Notes under the pieces: model-generated
What the model saw: only the letters and a program-made list of their open reading frames with translations
The model's database searches: none
Told to the model about the DNA's origin: nothing
Shown: positions 1-9,605 of the stretch, in pieces
Layout: each line of letters opens with the position of its first letter
Position numbering within the stretch: position 1 is the stretch's first letter
Assembly: GCA_963843815.1 (NCBI GenBank)
Contig: CAWJLX010000006.1
Coordinates: 79,834-143,833 of the forward strand
Length of the DNA: 64,000 bases
Reading direction: 5' to 3'
Source of the DNA: an uncultured Actinomycetota bacterium
GTDB taxonomy: Bacteria; Actinomycetota; Actinomycetes; Propionibacteriales; Nocardioidaceae
Translations under genes and position numbers: made by a program

Positions 1-239
1 CGTACGGACTGGTGACGAAGGCGGTGCCGGCCGACGACCTCGACGACGAGGTGGCCGCGGTCTGCGCCAGCCTCGCCACCGGTGCGGCCCAGGGGCTGCG
101 CGAGTCGAAGCGGATCCTCAACCGGGACCTCGTCGCCCGCATCGACGCGCTCGGCGAGGAGATGGCCACCACCAGCGCGCGGCTGTTCGCCAGCGACGAG
201 GCTCGCGAGGCGATGACCGCCTTCCTGTCCAGGAAGTAG
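1..239 (+). CDS. enoyl-CoA hydratase/isomerase-family protein, C-terminal fragment (5' end outside window)
   Basis: The frame is open to the window edge. The C-terminal ...SARLFASDEAREAMTAFLSRK resembles a crotonase-fold tail, and GC3 is high. Confidence 0.5.
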   Translation, partial: YGLVTKAVPADDLDDEVAAVCASLATGAAQGLRESKRILNRDLVARIDALGEEMATTSARLFASDEAREAMTAFLSRK

Positions 240-247
240 CGCCGTCG

Positions 248-676
248 GTGACCCTCGCGGACCCGGCCCTGTGGCTCCTGGTGGTCGCGGCCGCCCACCT
301 GGGCTTCCAGGCGACCGTCGACCTCGTCGTCTACCCGGCACTCGGGGACGTGCCGCCCGACACGTGGGAGTCGGCCCACGCGCGGCACTCCCGCCGGATC
401 GTCCCGATCGTGGCGGCTCTCTACCCCACCCTCGTCCTGATCCTCGGCTGGGCCGTTGTCTCGGAACCGCAGGCGGCCGGTGCGTGGCTCGCGCTGGCGG
501 GTGGCCTGCTGTCCGTCGTCACCACGGCGGCAGTCGCCGCCCCTGCGCACGGGCGGTTGTCGTCGGTCGGGGCGGCAGACCGGCCGTCGCTGATGCGCCG
601 GCTCGACCGCGCGGACCGAGTCCGCACGGTGGGGGCCGTGGTCTGCCTGGCCGGGGCGGTCCTGCTGGTGGCGTGA
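248..676 (+). CDS. small integral membrane protein (DUF1772/anthrone-oxygenase-like)
   Basis: 142 aa with a GTG start and four hydrophobic segments. The N-terminal LLVVAAAHLGFQATVDLVVYPAL pattern fits this family. Confidence 0.55.
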   Translation: MTLADPALWLLVVAAAHLGFQATVDLVVYPALGDVPPDTWESAHARHSRRIVPIVAALYPTLVLILGWAVVSEPQAAGAWLALAGGLLSVVTTAAVAAPAHGRLSSVGAADRPSLMRRLDRADRVRTVGAVVCLAGAVLLVA

Positions 677-763
677 CCGCACCCTCCGGTGTGACGGGAA
701 CAAGTTCGACGAGTTCGGCGCTAAATGGGTGACCCCGGCCCGGCGGCGCTAGGCTTGTCGGTC

Positions 764-782
764 TGCCCGGGAGGGACGGGCA
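764..782. promoter_or_regulatory. 19-bp inverted repeat TGCCCG-N7-CGGGCA upstream of the helicase gene
   Basis: Arms are TGCCCG and CGGGCA with spacer GGAGGGA. It lies about 40 nt upstream of the GTG at 821. Confidence 0.3.
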
Positions 783-820
783 CCCGCAAAGGGGATGCCA
801 TCGGGGGATGAGGAGCAGGT

Positions 821-2998
821 GTGAGCGAGGAGCTCGAGGCGCGGGAGATCGCGGCGGAGCAGCACTACGTCGACGAGGTCTACGTCCAGCTCGACGCGTC
901 CACCCAGAACGCCAAGGCGCTGGCCGCCGAGGGCCACAGCCGCGGCAAGCTGGAGCACGAGGGCGGTCTCGTCGAGCGCGACGCGATGGTCTTCCAGGCC
1001 GCCAAGCGGATCGCCCAGCTCGACGCAGCCCACGAGGGTCTGGTCTTCGGCCGCCTCGACATCGACCCCGACATCGACCCGCTGCCGCGCTACATCGGGC
1101 GCATCGGCGTCCGCAACGCCGAGCGCGACGTGCTGCTCATCGACTGGCGTGCGCCGGCCGCCGGGGTGTTCTACCAGGCCACCGCCGCGACGCCGCAGGG
1201 CGTCGTACGTCGCCGTGTGCTGCGCTCGCTGCACCGCACGGTCATCGGCGTCGAGGACGAGCTGCTCGACGACCAGGCCGACACCGACCTGCCGATCGTC
1301 GGCGAGGGCGCGCTCATGGCGCAGCTCTCCCGCGCCCGTGACCGCTCGATGCACTCCATCGTCGCGACCATCCAGGCCGAGCAGGACCAGGCGATCCGCG
1401 CCCCGGGCAAGGGCGTCGTGTCCATCTCCGGCGGTCCCGGCACCGGCAAGACCGTGGTCGCGCTGCACCGTGCCGCGTTCCTGCTCTACTCCGACCGTCG
1501 TCGCTACGAGGGCGGCGGCGTGCTCGTCGTCGGCCCGAGCGGTGTCTTCATGCGCTACATCGAGCGGGTGCTGCCCAGCCTCGGCGAGACCGCGGTCGCC
1601 CTGCGGTCGCTGGGCGAGGTCGTCGGTGGGGTCCGCGCCCACCGCCACGACGAGCCTGCGGTCGCCGACATCAAGGGCGCGACGAGGATGGCCGAGCTGC
1701 TGCGGCGTACGTCGCGCCAGCACGCACCCGGTGCCCCCACCAGCTTCCGGATCTACTGGCGCGACGAGACCATCGTGCTCGACCCCGGCCTGCTCGGCCG
1801 GCTGCGCCGCCAGCTGATGTCGCAGGGGCGTCGCAACCGCCAGCTCCCGCGCGTGGCGCGCACGCTGCTCGACGCGATGTGGCGTCAGGTCAAGGGCGAG
1901 CGGGGTCGCGAGCGGGGTCGCGAGGCCTTCGACGACGACATGCTGTCGCACGCCGGGTTCGTCGAGTTCGCCTCGCACTGGTGGCCGCCGCTGGATGCCA
2001 CCACGGTCTTCGGCTGGCTGCGCGACCCCGAGTTCCTGGAGCGCGTCGGCGAGGGTGTCGTGACCCGTGAGGAGCAGCTCCTGCTCACCAAGTCGTGGGA
2101 CGCCGGGACCCTGTCGATCGAGGACGTCCCGCTCCTCGACGAGCTGCGCTACCTCATCGGCGACGTGCCGCAGCGCACCGACGACGAGCGCGACCTCGAC
2201 GAGACCGGCCTGCTCGAGGGGGGCGTCGACCTCCAGGAGCTGACCACCATCTCCGAGCGCGAGTACGCCCCCGGTGGCCTGGCCTGGTCGGCGCCGACCC
2301 ACCGGATCGAGGACGACGGCTATGCCCACGTCCTCATCGACGAGGCGCAGGACCTCACCCCGATGCAGTGGCGGATGGTCGGGCGTCGCGGCCGCGCCGC
2401 GAGCTGGACCATCGTGGGTGACCTCGCCCAGTCGTCGTGGCCCGACGCCCCCGAGTCGGCTGCCGCCCGTGCGGAGGCGCTGGAGGGCAAGGAGCTCCAC
2501 GAGTTCCACCTCTCCACCAACTACCGCAACTCGGCCGAGATCTACGACTTCGCCGCTGCCTACGCCGCCCGCGTCGGCCTCGACGCCGACCTGCCCGACG
2601 CCGTACGCCGAACGGGCGAGGAGCCCACGGTCGTCGGTCCGGTCGACGACCTGGAGGCCGCGGTCCGCGAGGCTGTCGCCGCCACCTCCGGTCGTGTCGA
2701 GGGCACTGTCGGCATCGTCGTGCCCGCGGCCCGTCGCTCCGAGGTCAACGCCTGGCTGGCGTCGTGGCCGGAGCTCGCCGAGCACGCCCCGGGCGCGCGC
2801 GCTGCGGTCGACTCCAGCGTCACCCCGAGCGGAGAGGACCGCATCGTCGTCCTCACCGGCCTCGACACCAAGGGCCTGGAGTTCGACGGCATCGTCGTCG
2901 TCCGCCCGCAGGAGATCGAGGACGAGTCGGCGACCGGGCGCTCGACCCTCTACGTCGTGCTGACCCGCGCGACGCAGCTCCTGACGACGGTCAGCTGA
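821..2998 (+). CDS. helD: HelD/HelR-type UvrD-like helicase (RNA-polymerase-associated ATPase)
   Basis: 725 aa with a GAGGAG RBS before the GTG. It has an N-terminal coiled region (EQHYVDEVYVQLD), a Walker A motif GGPGTGKT, and a C-terminal UvrD-like LEFDGIVVV...LYVVLTRA. Confidence 0.75.
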   Translation: MSEELEAREIAAEQHYVDEVYVQLDASTQNAKALAAEGHSRGKLEHEGGLVERDAMVFQAAKRIAQLDAAHEGLVFGRLDIDPDIDPLPRYIGRIGVRNAERDVLLIDWRAPAAGVFYQATAATPQGVVRRRVLRSLHRTVIGVEDELLDDQADTDLPIVGEGALMAQLSRARDRSMHSIVATIQAEQDQAIRAPGKGVVSISGGPGTGKTVVALHRAAFLLYSDRRRYEGGGVLVVGPSGVFMRYIERVLPSLGETAVALRSLGEVVGGVRAHRHDEPAVADIKGATRMAELLRRTSRQHAPGAPTSFRIYWRDETIVLDPGLLGRLRRQLMSQGRRNRQLPRVARTLLDAMWRQVKGERGRERGREAFDDDMLSHAGFVEFASHWWPPLDATTVFGWLRDPEFLERVGEGVVTREEQLLLTKSWDAGTLSIEDVPLLDELRYLIGDVPQRTDDERDLDETGLLEGGVDLQELTTISEREYAPGGLAWSAPTHRIEDDGYAHVLIDEAQDLTPMQWRMVGRRGRAASWTIVGDLAQSSWPDAPESAAARAEALEGKELHEFHLSTNYRNSAEIYDFAAAYAARVGLDADLPDAVRRTGEEPTVVGPVDDLEAAVREAVAATSGRVEGTVGIVVPAARRSEVNAWLASWPELAEHAPGARAAVDSSVTPSGEDRIVVLTGLDTKGLEFDGIVVVRPQEIEDESATGRSTLYVVLTRATQLLTTVS

Positions 2999-3023
2999 GC
3001 ACGGGCGACCTGGGCACTTGCGC

Positions 3024-3044
3024 GTGAGTCCCTCGGAGACTCAC
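3024..3044. terminator. hairpin GTGAGTC-N7-GACTCAC between convergent genes
   Basis: A perfect 7-bp stem overlapping the stop of the EamA gene. There is no T-tract. Confidence 0.35.
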
Positions 3045-4015
3045 CGCACAGGATGCGGGTCGGGCAGCACGGGTCCCGCCGCTGCGGCAGGCCTTCCGAG
3101 GCCCGCGACCGCACCCAGCACGAGCACGATCCCGACGACCGCCACCGGTCCGAGCGACTCACCCAGGACGACCGCGGCGACCACGGCGGCGGTCACGGGC
3201 TCGACCAGGCTGGCCGTGACGGCCGTGCTGGGTGCGACCACCCGCAGCCCGGAGTAGAGCAGGACGTAGGCCAGCGCCATCGTGAGCGCCCCGAGGTAGA
3301 GCAGCCACCCGATCGCCGCGGGGTCCGCCGTGACCCGCGGGCCCCCGACGAGGGCCAGGCACGGCAGCAGCACCACGGCGCCGACGAGCGTCATCCCGCT
3401 GGTCAGCACCAGCGGTGACGCGTCCCGGCTGATGGAGCCGCCGGCCGCGGTCGTCAGGGCGTACGTCGTGCCCGACGCGATCGCGAGCAGCACCCCGGCG
3501 AGAGGAGCCGGGCCGGTGGAGGACTCGTGGCCGGCCACGCTGACGAGCAGCAGGCCCGTGAGCGCCGCCACGAGCACGGCGACGCGTGAGGGCGCGGGCG
3601 CCCGGCGGTGTCGTACGGACTCCGCCACCGTCAGCAGCACGGGTGCCAGGCCGAGGCTGACGACGGTCGAGACGGCGACGCCGACCTGGGTGACCGAGAC
3701 GAAGTAGAAGCCCTGGTAGGTCGCGGTCCCGACGCCGACGGCGAGCAGCTGACGTGGCCGCGACCGGGCCAGGGCGACCAGGTCCCCGACCTGGCGCAGG
3801 GCCAGGAGCGTGACCAGCAGCACCACGGCGGCGATCGTCATCCGCCATGCGCTGATGGTCACCGGGGACATCGCCTCGTGCTCCCGGATCAGCTGCACGG
3901 CCAGCCCGCCGGTGCCCCACAGCACGCTGGCGACGCCGACCTCGACCAGGCCGCGCACGTGGGACCGGTGGCCGGGTGCTCGAGACCCGGAGGAGGCGGG
4001 CGTCTCCGGAGTCAT
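3041..4015 (-). CDS. EamA/DMT-family transporter
   Basis: 324 aa with about 10 hydrophobic helices in two repeated EamA-like halves. Confidence 0.75.
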   Translation of the reverse strand: MTPETPASSGSRAPGHRSHVRGLVEVGVASVLWGTGGLAVQLIREHEAMSPVTISAWRMTIAAVVLLVTLLALRQVGDLVALARSRPRQLLAVGVGTATYQGFYFVSVTQVGVAVSTVVSLGLAPVLLTVAESVRHRRAPAPSRVAVLVAALTGLLLVSVAGHESSTGPAPLAGVLLAIASGTTYALTTAAGGSISRDASPLVLTSGMTLVGAVVLLPCLALVGGPRVTADPAAIGWLLYLGALTMALAYVLLYSGLRVVAPSTAVTASLVEPVTAAVVAAVVLGESLGPVAVVGIVLVLGAVAGLGRPAAAAGPVLPDPHPVR

Positions 4016-4085
4016 GTGCCGGAGTCTGCCAGCCGGCGACCGACGCCCACCTGCGGGTTCGCCCGCTGTCTCCTAGGCTCTGCCC

Positions 4086-5165
4086 ATGCCAGCTCCCTCA
4101 TCGTCCGGCGGCCGGGTCCTCGTCACCGGCGGCGCCGGCTTCATCGGTACGACGCTGGCACGCGAGCTCGCGGACTCCGCCGAGCAGTGGGTCGTCCTCG
4201 ACAACCTGCACCCGCAGGTGCATCCCGGTTCCCAGCCTCCGCTCGACCTGCCCGACTCCGTGGACCTGCGCGTCGGTGACGTCACCAGCGCCGAGGACCT
4301 GGACGCGGTCGTCGTCGACCTGCGCCCGGACACCGTCGTGCACCTCGCTGCCGAGACCGGCACCGCGCAGTCGCTGTCGGAGAGCACCCGCCACGGCATG
4401 GTCAATGTCGTGGGCACCACCCAGCTGCTCGACGCCCTCACGCGCGCCGGTCACGTCCCCAGCCACTTCGTGCTGACCAGCTCGCGAGCGGTCTACGGCG
4501 AGGGCGTGTGGCGCAACGCCGATGGCACCACCTTCCAGCCGGGCCTGCGCACGCACGCGCAGCTCGAGGCCGGCGCGTGGGACCACGGCACCGGCGCCGA
4601 GCACGTCCCCAACTCGGTGGCGGGCACCCACCCCCACCCGATCAACGTCTACGGCGCCACCAAGCTCGCGCAGGAGCAGATCCTCGCCGCCTGGACCGGC
4701 TCGCACGACACGAAGCTGTCGACCCTGCGCCTGCAGAACGTCTACGGCCCGCGCCAGTCGCTGTCGAACCCCTACACCGGGATCGTCTCCCTCTTCTCGC
4801 GGCTGGCCCGCGAGGGCAAGTCGATCCCGCTCTACGAGGACGGCGACATCACGCGCGACTTCGTCCACATCGACGACGTCGTCAGCGCGCTGGTCGCCGC
4901 GATCGCCGACCCGCCGGCCGACCACATCCGCACCGTCGACATCGGCAGCGGTGTGCGCACCACGATCGGAGACCTGGCCCGCGAGGTCGCGCGCTACCAC
5001 TCCGCGCCCGAGCCGCACATCACGGGCCAGTACCGCGACGGCGACGTCCGGCATGCCTCGTGCACGGTCGAGGCCACGGTGGCGGAGCTGGACTGGAAGC
5101 CCCGCGTGAGCCTGCGCGACGGCGTCGCCGGCCTCCAGGAATGGATCGCGACCCAGCTGGACTGA
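4086..5165 (+). CDS. NAD-dependent epimerase/dehydratase (extended SDR)
   Basis: Contains the VLVTGGAGFIGT Rossmann motif and the YGATKLAQE YxxxK catalytic motif. Confidence 0.85.
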   Translation: MPAPSSSGGRVLVTGGAGFIGTTLARELADSAEQWVVLDNLHPQVHPGSQPPLDLPDSVDLRVGDVTSAEDLDAVVVDLRPDTVVHLAAETGTAQSLSESTRHGMVNVVGTTQLLDALTRAGHVPSHFVLTSSRAVYGEGVWRNADGTTFQPGLRTHAQLEAGAWDHGTGAEHVPNSVAGTHPHPINVYGATKLAQEQILAAWTGSHDTKLSTLRLQNVYGPRQSLSNPYTGIVSLFSRLAREGKSIPLYEDGDITRDFVHIDDVVSALVAAIADPPADHIRTVDIGSGVRTTIGDLAREVARYHSAPEPHITGQYRDGDVRHASCTVEATVAELDWKPRVSLRDGVAGLQEWIATQLD

Positions 5166-5216
5166 CGGGTGGGACGCCCGGATGCGACTCCGTCGCACCG
5201 CCGTAGGGTTTCGGCC

Positions 5217-7133
5217 ATGACCGAGACCACCCCTGGCTCACACCCCGTGGCCGACCTCCTGGACCAGATCCAGGGGTACGGCGCGTGGGCGGTCATCCGG
5301 CGCAAGGCGGCCCCCACCGCCGGCCTGGTCGGCGGCACGCCGCACGAGGTGGCCTCGCTGCTCGACATCCCGCTCGAGACCGGTGCCCCGGAGCCGGGCC
5401 GCAGCGCGGACCGACTGGTCGCCGTGCCCTTCCGCCAGGTGCGCGAGCGCGGGTTCGCCGCCATCGACGACGACACCCCGCTGACCGTCGTGGACATCGA
5501 GGCCGAGCACGAGGTGTCGGTCGACGACCTGCTCGCCGCGCTGCCCGACGTACCCATCGAGTTCGCCGACCGCGGCGGGTTCGCGACCAGCGACGCGGAC
5601 TACGCCGAGGTCGTCGAGGCGATCATCCGCGACGAGATCGGCCAGGGCGAGGGGGCCAACCTCGTCATCGGCCGCCACTACCGAGCCGTCGTCGCCGACT
5701 GGGACGCCGCGCGCGCGCTCACGGTGTTCCGTCGGCTGCTGGAGCGCGAGCGCGGGGCGTACTGGACGTTCATCTTCTTCACCGGGGACCGCTACCTGGT
5801 CGGCGCCAGCCCCGAGCGCCACGTCTCCGTGCGCTCCGGCGACGTCCGGATGAACCCGATCTCGGGCACCTTCCGGGTCGCGGCCCCGGAGGGCGAGGCC
5901 CGCGACGTGAAGGATCGCCTGCTCGACTTCCTGGCCGACGAGAAGGAGGTCTTCGAGCTCTTCATGGTCGTCGACGAAGAGCTGAAGATGATGTGCGACA
6001 TCTGCCAGGAGGGCGGCCAGGTGCTCGGGCCCTTCCTCAAGCCGATGACCCACCTGATCCACACCGAGTACCTCCTCGCCGGTCGCTCCGAGCGGGACCA
6101 CCGCGAGATCCTCCGCGACACCATGTACGCCGCGACGGTGACCGGCGCGCCCGTCGAGAACGCGTGCCGGCTGATCGCCGACTACGAGCCCGAGGGCCGC
6201 GGCTACTACGGCGCCGCGCTGGCCCTGTTCGGTCGGTCCCCGGACGGCACGCCGACGATGGACAGCCCGATCCTGATCCGCACCGCCGACGTCTCGCCCG
6301 ACGGAGAGCTGAAGGTCACCGCAGGCGCGACGCTGGTCCGCGACTCCGACGCCGCCTCCGAGGTCGCCGAGACCCGCGCCAAGGCCGGCGGCATCCTCAG
6401 CGCCTTCGGCCTGGCGCCGGCCGCGCTCTCCGACGGCGCCGACATCGCCGAGCTCGCGCGCGACGAGGACGTCGTGCTGGCTCTCGGCTCGCGCAACCAG
6501 CGGCTCTCGCGCTTCTGGCTCACCGACCAGGCCGGCGAGCCCGCCGACCCGGGGCTGGCAGGGAAGGCCGCGGTGATCCTGCACGGCGAGGACGACTTCG
6601 TGAACATGCTCGTCCACGTCCTCGGCGTCTTCGGGATGACGTCGCGCGTCGTGCGTCACGAGGACTACGGCCCGGGCGCCTTCGACGGGGCCGACCTGGT
6701 GATCGTCGGCCCCGGGCCGGGCGACCCCCGCGCGGGTGACCACCCCAAGATCGCGGCGTTCCGACGCGCCGTCGACGACCTCCTCGACTCGGGCCAGCCG
6801 TTCCTCGCGGTGTGCCTGGGCCACCAGACGCTGTGCCAGCGCCTCGGGCTCGAGCTGGCCTACAAGGACGTCGTCTTCCAGGGCACCCAGTCCCCGGTCC
6901 GGCTCGACGGTCGCACCGAACGGGTGGGCTTCTACAACACCTTCGTCGGCCGGGCTCCCGCCGTCGGTGCTCTGCCGGACGGGGTGCGTGTCGAAACCGA
7001 CGAGGCCACCGGCGACATCCACGCGGTCATCGGTCCGCACTTCCGCGGCATCCAGTTCCACGCCGAGTCGATCCTCACCGAGAACGGCTACGACCTGCTG
7101 CACGCCGTGGTGCGTGACCTCCTGACGGGCTGA
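5217..7133 (+). CDS. fused chorismate-utilising synthase + glutamine amidotransferase (anthranilate synthase family, PhzE/TrpEG-like)
   Basis: The N-terminal chorismate-binding domain carries GAPVENACRLI...GRGYYGAAL. The C-terminal GATase-1 has the AVCLGHQ nucleophile and FHAES. ATG at 5217 is preferred over GTG at 5169. Confidence 0.8.
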   Translation: MTETTPGSHPVADLLDQIQGYGAWAVIRRKAAPTAGLVGGTPHEVASLLDIPLETGAPEPGRSADRLVAVPFRQVRERGFAAIDDDTPLTVVDIEAEHEVSVDDLLAALPDVPIEFADRGGFATSDADYAEVVEAIIRDEIGQGEGANLVIGRHYRAVVADWDAARALTVFRRLLERERGAYWTFIFFTGDRYLVGASPERHVSVRSGDVRMNPISGTFRVAAPEGEARDVKDRLLDFLADEKEVFELFMVVDEELKMMCDICQEGGQVLGPFLKPMTHLIHTEYLLAGRSERDHREILRDTMYAATVTGAPVENACRLIADYEPEGRGYYGAALALFGRSPDGTPTMDSPILIRTADVSPDGELKVTAGATLVRDSDAASEVAETRAKAGGILSAFGLAPAALSDGADIAELARDEDVVLALGSRNQRLSRFWLTDQAGEPADPGLAGKAAVILHGEDDFVNMLVHVLGVFGMTSRVVRHEDYGPGAFDGADLVIVGPGPGDPRAGDHPKIAAFRRAVDDLLDSGQPFLAVCLGHQTLCQRLGLELAYKDVVFQGTQSPVRLDGRTERVGFYNTFVGRAPAVGALPDGVRVETDEATGDIHAVIGPHFRGIQFHAESILTENGYDLLHAVVRDLLTG

Positions 7134-7151
7134 GGTCGTCGCGTGTCCGGC

Positions 7152-7222
7152 CCCGGTAGTTCGGGACGATCTCGTAGGTATGTCGGTCGTTCTCCCTACC
7201 AAAACGTCCCTAACTACCCGGG
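7152..7222. repeat. 71-nt nested imperfect palindrome in an AT-richer spacer
   Basis: Outer arms are CCCGGTAGTTCGGGACG (7152-7168) and CGTCCCTAACTACCCGGG (7205-7222). An inner GTAGG/CCTAC stem lies between them. Confidence 0.6.
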
Positions 7223-7334
7223 ATGGGCGCGGACCGACCCTGCGCCATGGGCCAAGTCGTCCGGCGTGGGAGGCAACCTCGCAGGGGCGGACAGCGTCAC
7301 TCTTGGTAGCCGACGGGGACATGACGGGGGACTG

Positions 7335-9026
7335 GTGCGACAACTGACGCGAGCCTGGGTGGGCGTGTGCCTGCTCGCTCTCACTGCATGCGCTGCTGCA
7401 GGGGGTACGTCGTCGCGCGACGACCCCCGCCCCCCGCGGCCGACGAGCGACACGTCCGCGATCAGTGAGCTGCAACCCGCGGCGAGCAAGGCCGCGCGAC
7501 CCAACATCGTCGTGGTCATGCTCGACGACTTCTCGGTCGACCTCGTCCAGACGATGAGGTCGGTGCAGCGGATGCGCAGGGCAGGCGCCAGCTATCCGCA
7601 CTCCTTCGTCACCGACTCGCTGTGCTGCGTCTCCCGGTCGAGCTTCTTCACCGGCCAGTACCCGCACCAGACCGGCGTACGCACCAACACCTCCAACCAG
7701 GGCACCTCGATGCTCGGCGGCTGGCCGGCCTTCGACACCCACGGCAACCCCGAGCGCGCGTTCAACGTGCGGCTCCAGAAGGCGGGCTACACGACGGGTT
7801 TCGTCGGCAAGTTCCTCAACGAGTACGAGTGGGTGCCGGGCAAGGCGCTCCCTCCGGTGGTGCCGGGCTGGTCGACGTTCAACACGGTCTTCGGCTCGGC
7901 CTACGACGGGTGGGACTTCGCCAGCACCTCGCTGGTCAACCAGCGGATGCAGGTCACCCAGCATCCGGCTCCACCCGCGAGCGCGCCTGCGGCGGTGAAG
8001 GATCGTGCCTACGCCGGGACGGTCATCGGCGACCTGGCGATGGACTTCCTGCGCAGGGGCGAGGCCGCGGACGCGCCCTACTTCCTCGAGGTCGCGCTCT
8101 ACGCGCCCCACAACCGCACGCAGCCCGAGGGCTACTACCCCGGGGACCCGCTCTTCCCGCCCATGTTCCGCGACCGCGAGGGCGAGCGCAGCTGCGGGCG
8201 GGTGGCGTGCAGGAAGCTGACCATCGCCGACCTCCCCGGCTACGGCGACAAGCGCGGCAACAACCGCCCGCGCAGGGCCAACGGCAAGGTGACCCGCGCG
8301 TGGAACACCGTCCGTACGCTTCCGGCCCGGGTGGCGGTGCGTGACCTGCGCGACCGCGCGCGGATGGCCCAGTCCGCCGACCGGCTGGTCACGAGGATCC
8401 TCCGCACGGTCGGCCCCGACACGTACGTCGTGCTCACCTCCGACAACGGCTTCCACCTCGGTCAGGTCGGCACGGGTCGCGGGAAGGGGACGCCGTACGA
8501 CACCGACGTACGGGTGCCGCTGCTGGTCACCGGACCGGGGGTCGCGCCCGGTGCGCGCAAGGAGGTCACGAGCAACATCGACCTCGCGCCGACCTTCGAG
8601 GAGCTCGCCGGGCTGCTGCCTGCGCCCTTCCGCAGCGGCGTCTCCCTGGTGCCGACGCTCTCCCAGCCCCAGCTGGTGCGACAGTCGTACGCCTTCCTCG
8701 AGCACACCCAGCAGACGCTCACCGGCGGCGACCCCGACGCGGCGTTCAGCGGCTCCGAGCTCGACCGGATCCCGTCGTACACCGCGGTGCGCAGCAGGAA
8801 GGCGCTGTTGGTGCGCCTCGACCTCGACCCGCGCCGCAGGAAGACGTCGTGGGGCTACGAGTTCTACACCTACCGGCGCCACGGCTTCGAGAAGCGCAAC
8901 GACTTCGCCAACCCCAGACGCCGCCAGGAGGTGACGGTGCTGATGTCGAAGCTCGTCGCCTTCGACGGGTGTCGGGAGAAGGGCGACAAGCCGGTCCCGA
9001 AGGCCTGCCGCACCCTCACGCACTAG
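7335..9026 (+). CDS. sulfatase-family lipoprotein
   Basis: The GTG at 7335 gives a signal peptide with lipobox LTAC. It has the metal-binding VVVMLDDFS and a sulfatase signature SLCCVSRSSFFTG with Val where Pro is expected. Confidence 0.8.
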   Translation: MRQLTRAWVGVCLLALTACAAAGGTSSRDDPRPPRPTSDTSAISELQPAASKAARPNIVVVMLDDFSVDLVQTMRSVQRMRRAGASYPHSFVTDSLCCVSRSSFFTGQYPHQTGVRTNTSNQGTSMLGGWPAFDTHGNPERAFNVRLQKAGYTTGFVGKFLNEYEWVPGKALPPVVPGWSTFNTVFGSAYDGWDFASTSLVNQRMQVTQHPAPPASAPAAVKDRAYAGTVIGDLAMDFLRRGEAADAPYFLEVALYAPHNRTQPEGYYPGDPLFPPMFRDREGERSCGRVACRKLTIADLPGYGDKRGNNRPRRANGKVTRAWNTVRTLPARVAVRDLRDRARMAQSADRLVTRILRTVGPDTYVVLTSDNGFHLGQVGTGRGKGTPYDTDVRVPLLVTGPGVAPGARKEVTSNIDLAPTFEELAGLLPAPFRSGVSLVPTLSQPQLVRQSYAFLEHTQQTLTGGDPDAAFSGSELDRIPSYTAVRSRKALLVRLDLDPRRRKTSWGYEFYTYRRHGFEKRNDFANPRRRQEVTVLMSKLVAFDGCREKGDKPVPKACRTLTH

Positions 9027-9035
9027 CCTCGGCGC

Positions 9036-9605
9036 GTGACGCCGGACGTGATCGTGGTCGACCACCATGACTCCTACACGTGGAACCTGGTGCACCTCGT
9101 CGCCCGCGTGACCGGTGTCCTGCCACGGGTCGTGCAGCACGACGAGGCGTCGGTCGACGACGTGCTCCGGCACTCCCACGTGGTGCTCTCGCCCGGGCCC
9201 GGGCACCCGGCGACGCCCGAGGACTTCTCGGTGGGGCGCGACGTCGTGCTGGCCGGGACGCGTCCGGTGCTCGGCGTCTGCCTGGGCATGCAGGGCCTCG
9301 TGACGGCGTACGGCGGCACGGTCGAGCGGGTGCGGCCGGCGCACGGCGAGGTCGCGACCATCACCCACGACGGGCAGGGCGTCTTCCGCGACCTGGGCCA
9401 GGGCTTCGCCGCGGTGCGCTACCACTCGCTCGCCGTCACGGCGCTCCCCTCCGACGTCCTGACGGCGACGGCATGGAGCGAGGACGGCGTGGTGATGGGT
9501 GTCCGTCATGTCGACCTGCCGCTCGAGGGCGTGCAGTTCCATCCCGAGTCGGTGCTGTCGGACCACGGCTACGGCATCGTCCACAACTTCCTGGAGGGTC
9601 GATGA
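9036..9605 (+). CDS. pabA: aminodeoxychorismate/anthranilate synthase component II (glutamine amidotransferase)
   Basis: 189 aa with GVCLGMQ and VQFHPES. Its stop overlaps the next start (ATGA). Confidence 0.8.
   Translation: MTPDVIVVDHHDSYTWNLVHLVARVTGVLPRVVQHDEASVDDVLRHSHVVLSPGPGHPATPEDFSVGRDVVLAGTRPVLGVCLGMQGLVTAYGGTVERVRPAHGEVATITHDGQGVFRDLGQGFAAVRYHSLAVTALPSDVLTATAWSEDGVVMGVRHVDLPLEGVQFHPESVLSDHGYGIVHNFLEGR

Noticed and set aside
5238-9584. 1448-aa open reading frame on the minus strand spanning 4.3 kb
   Set aside because: It runs antisense to four plus-strand genes that carry clear catalytic motifs (GATase, sulfatase, PabA). Its R/G/A/V/D/H-rich composition is typical of stop-free antisense frames in very high-GC DNA, and no motif was recognised.
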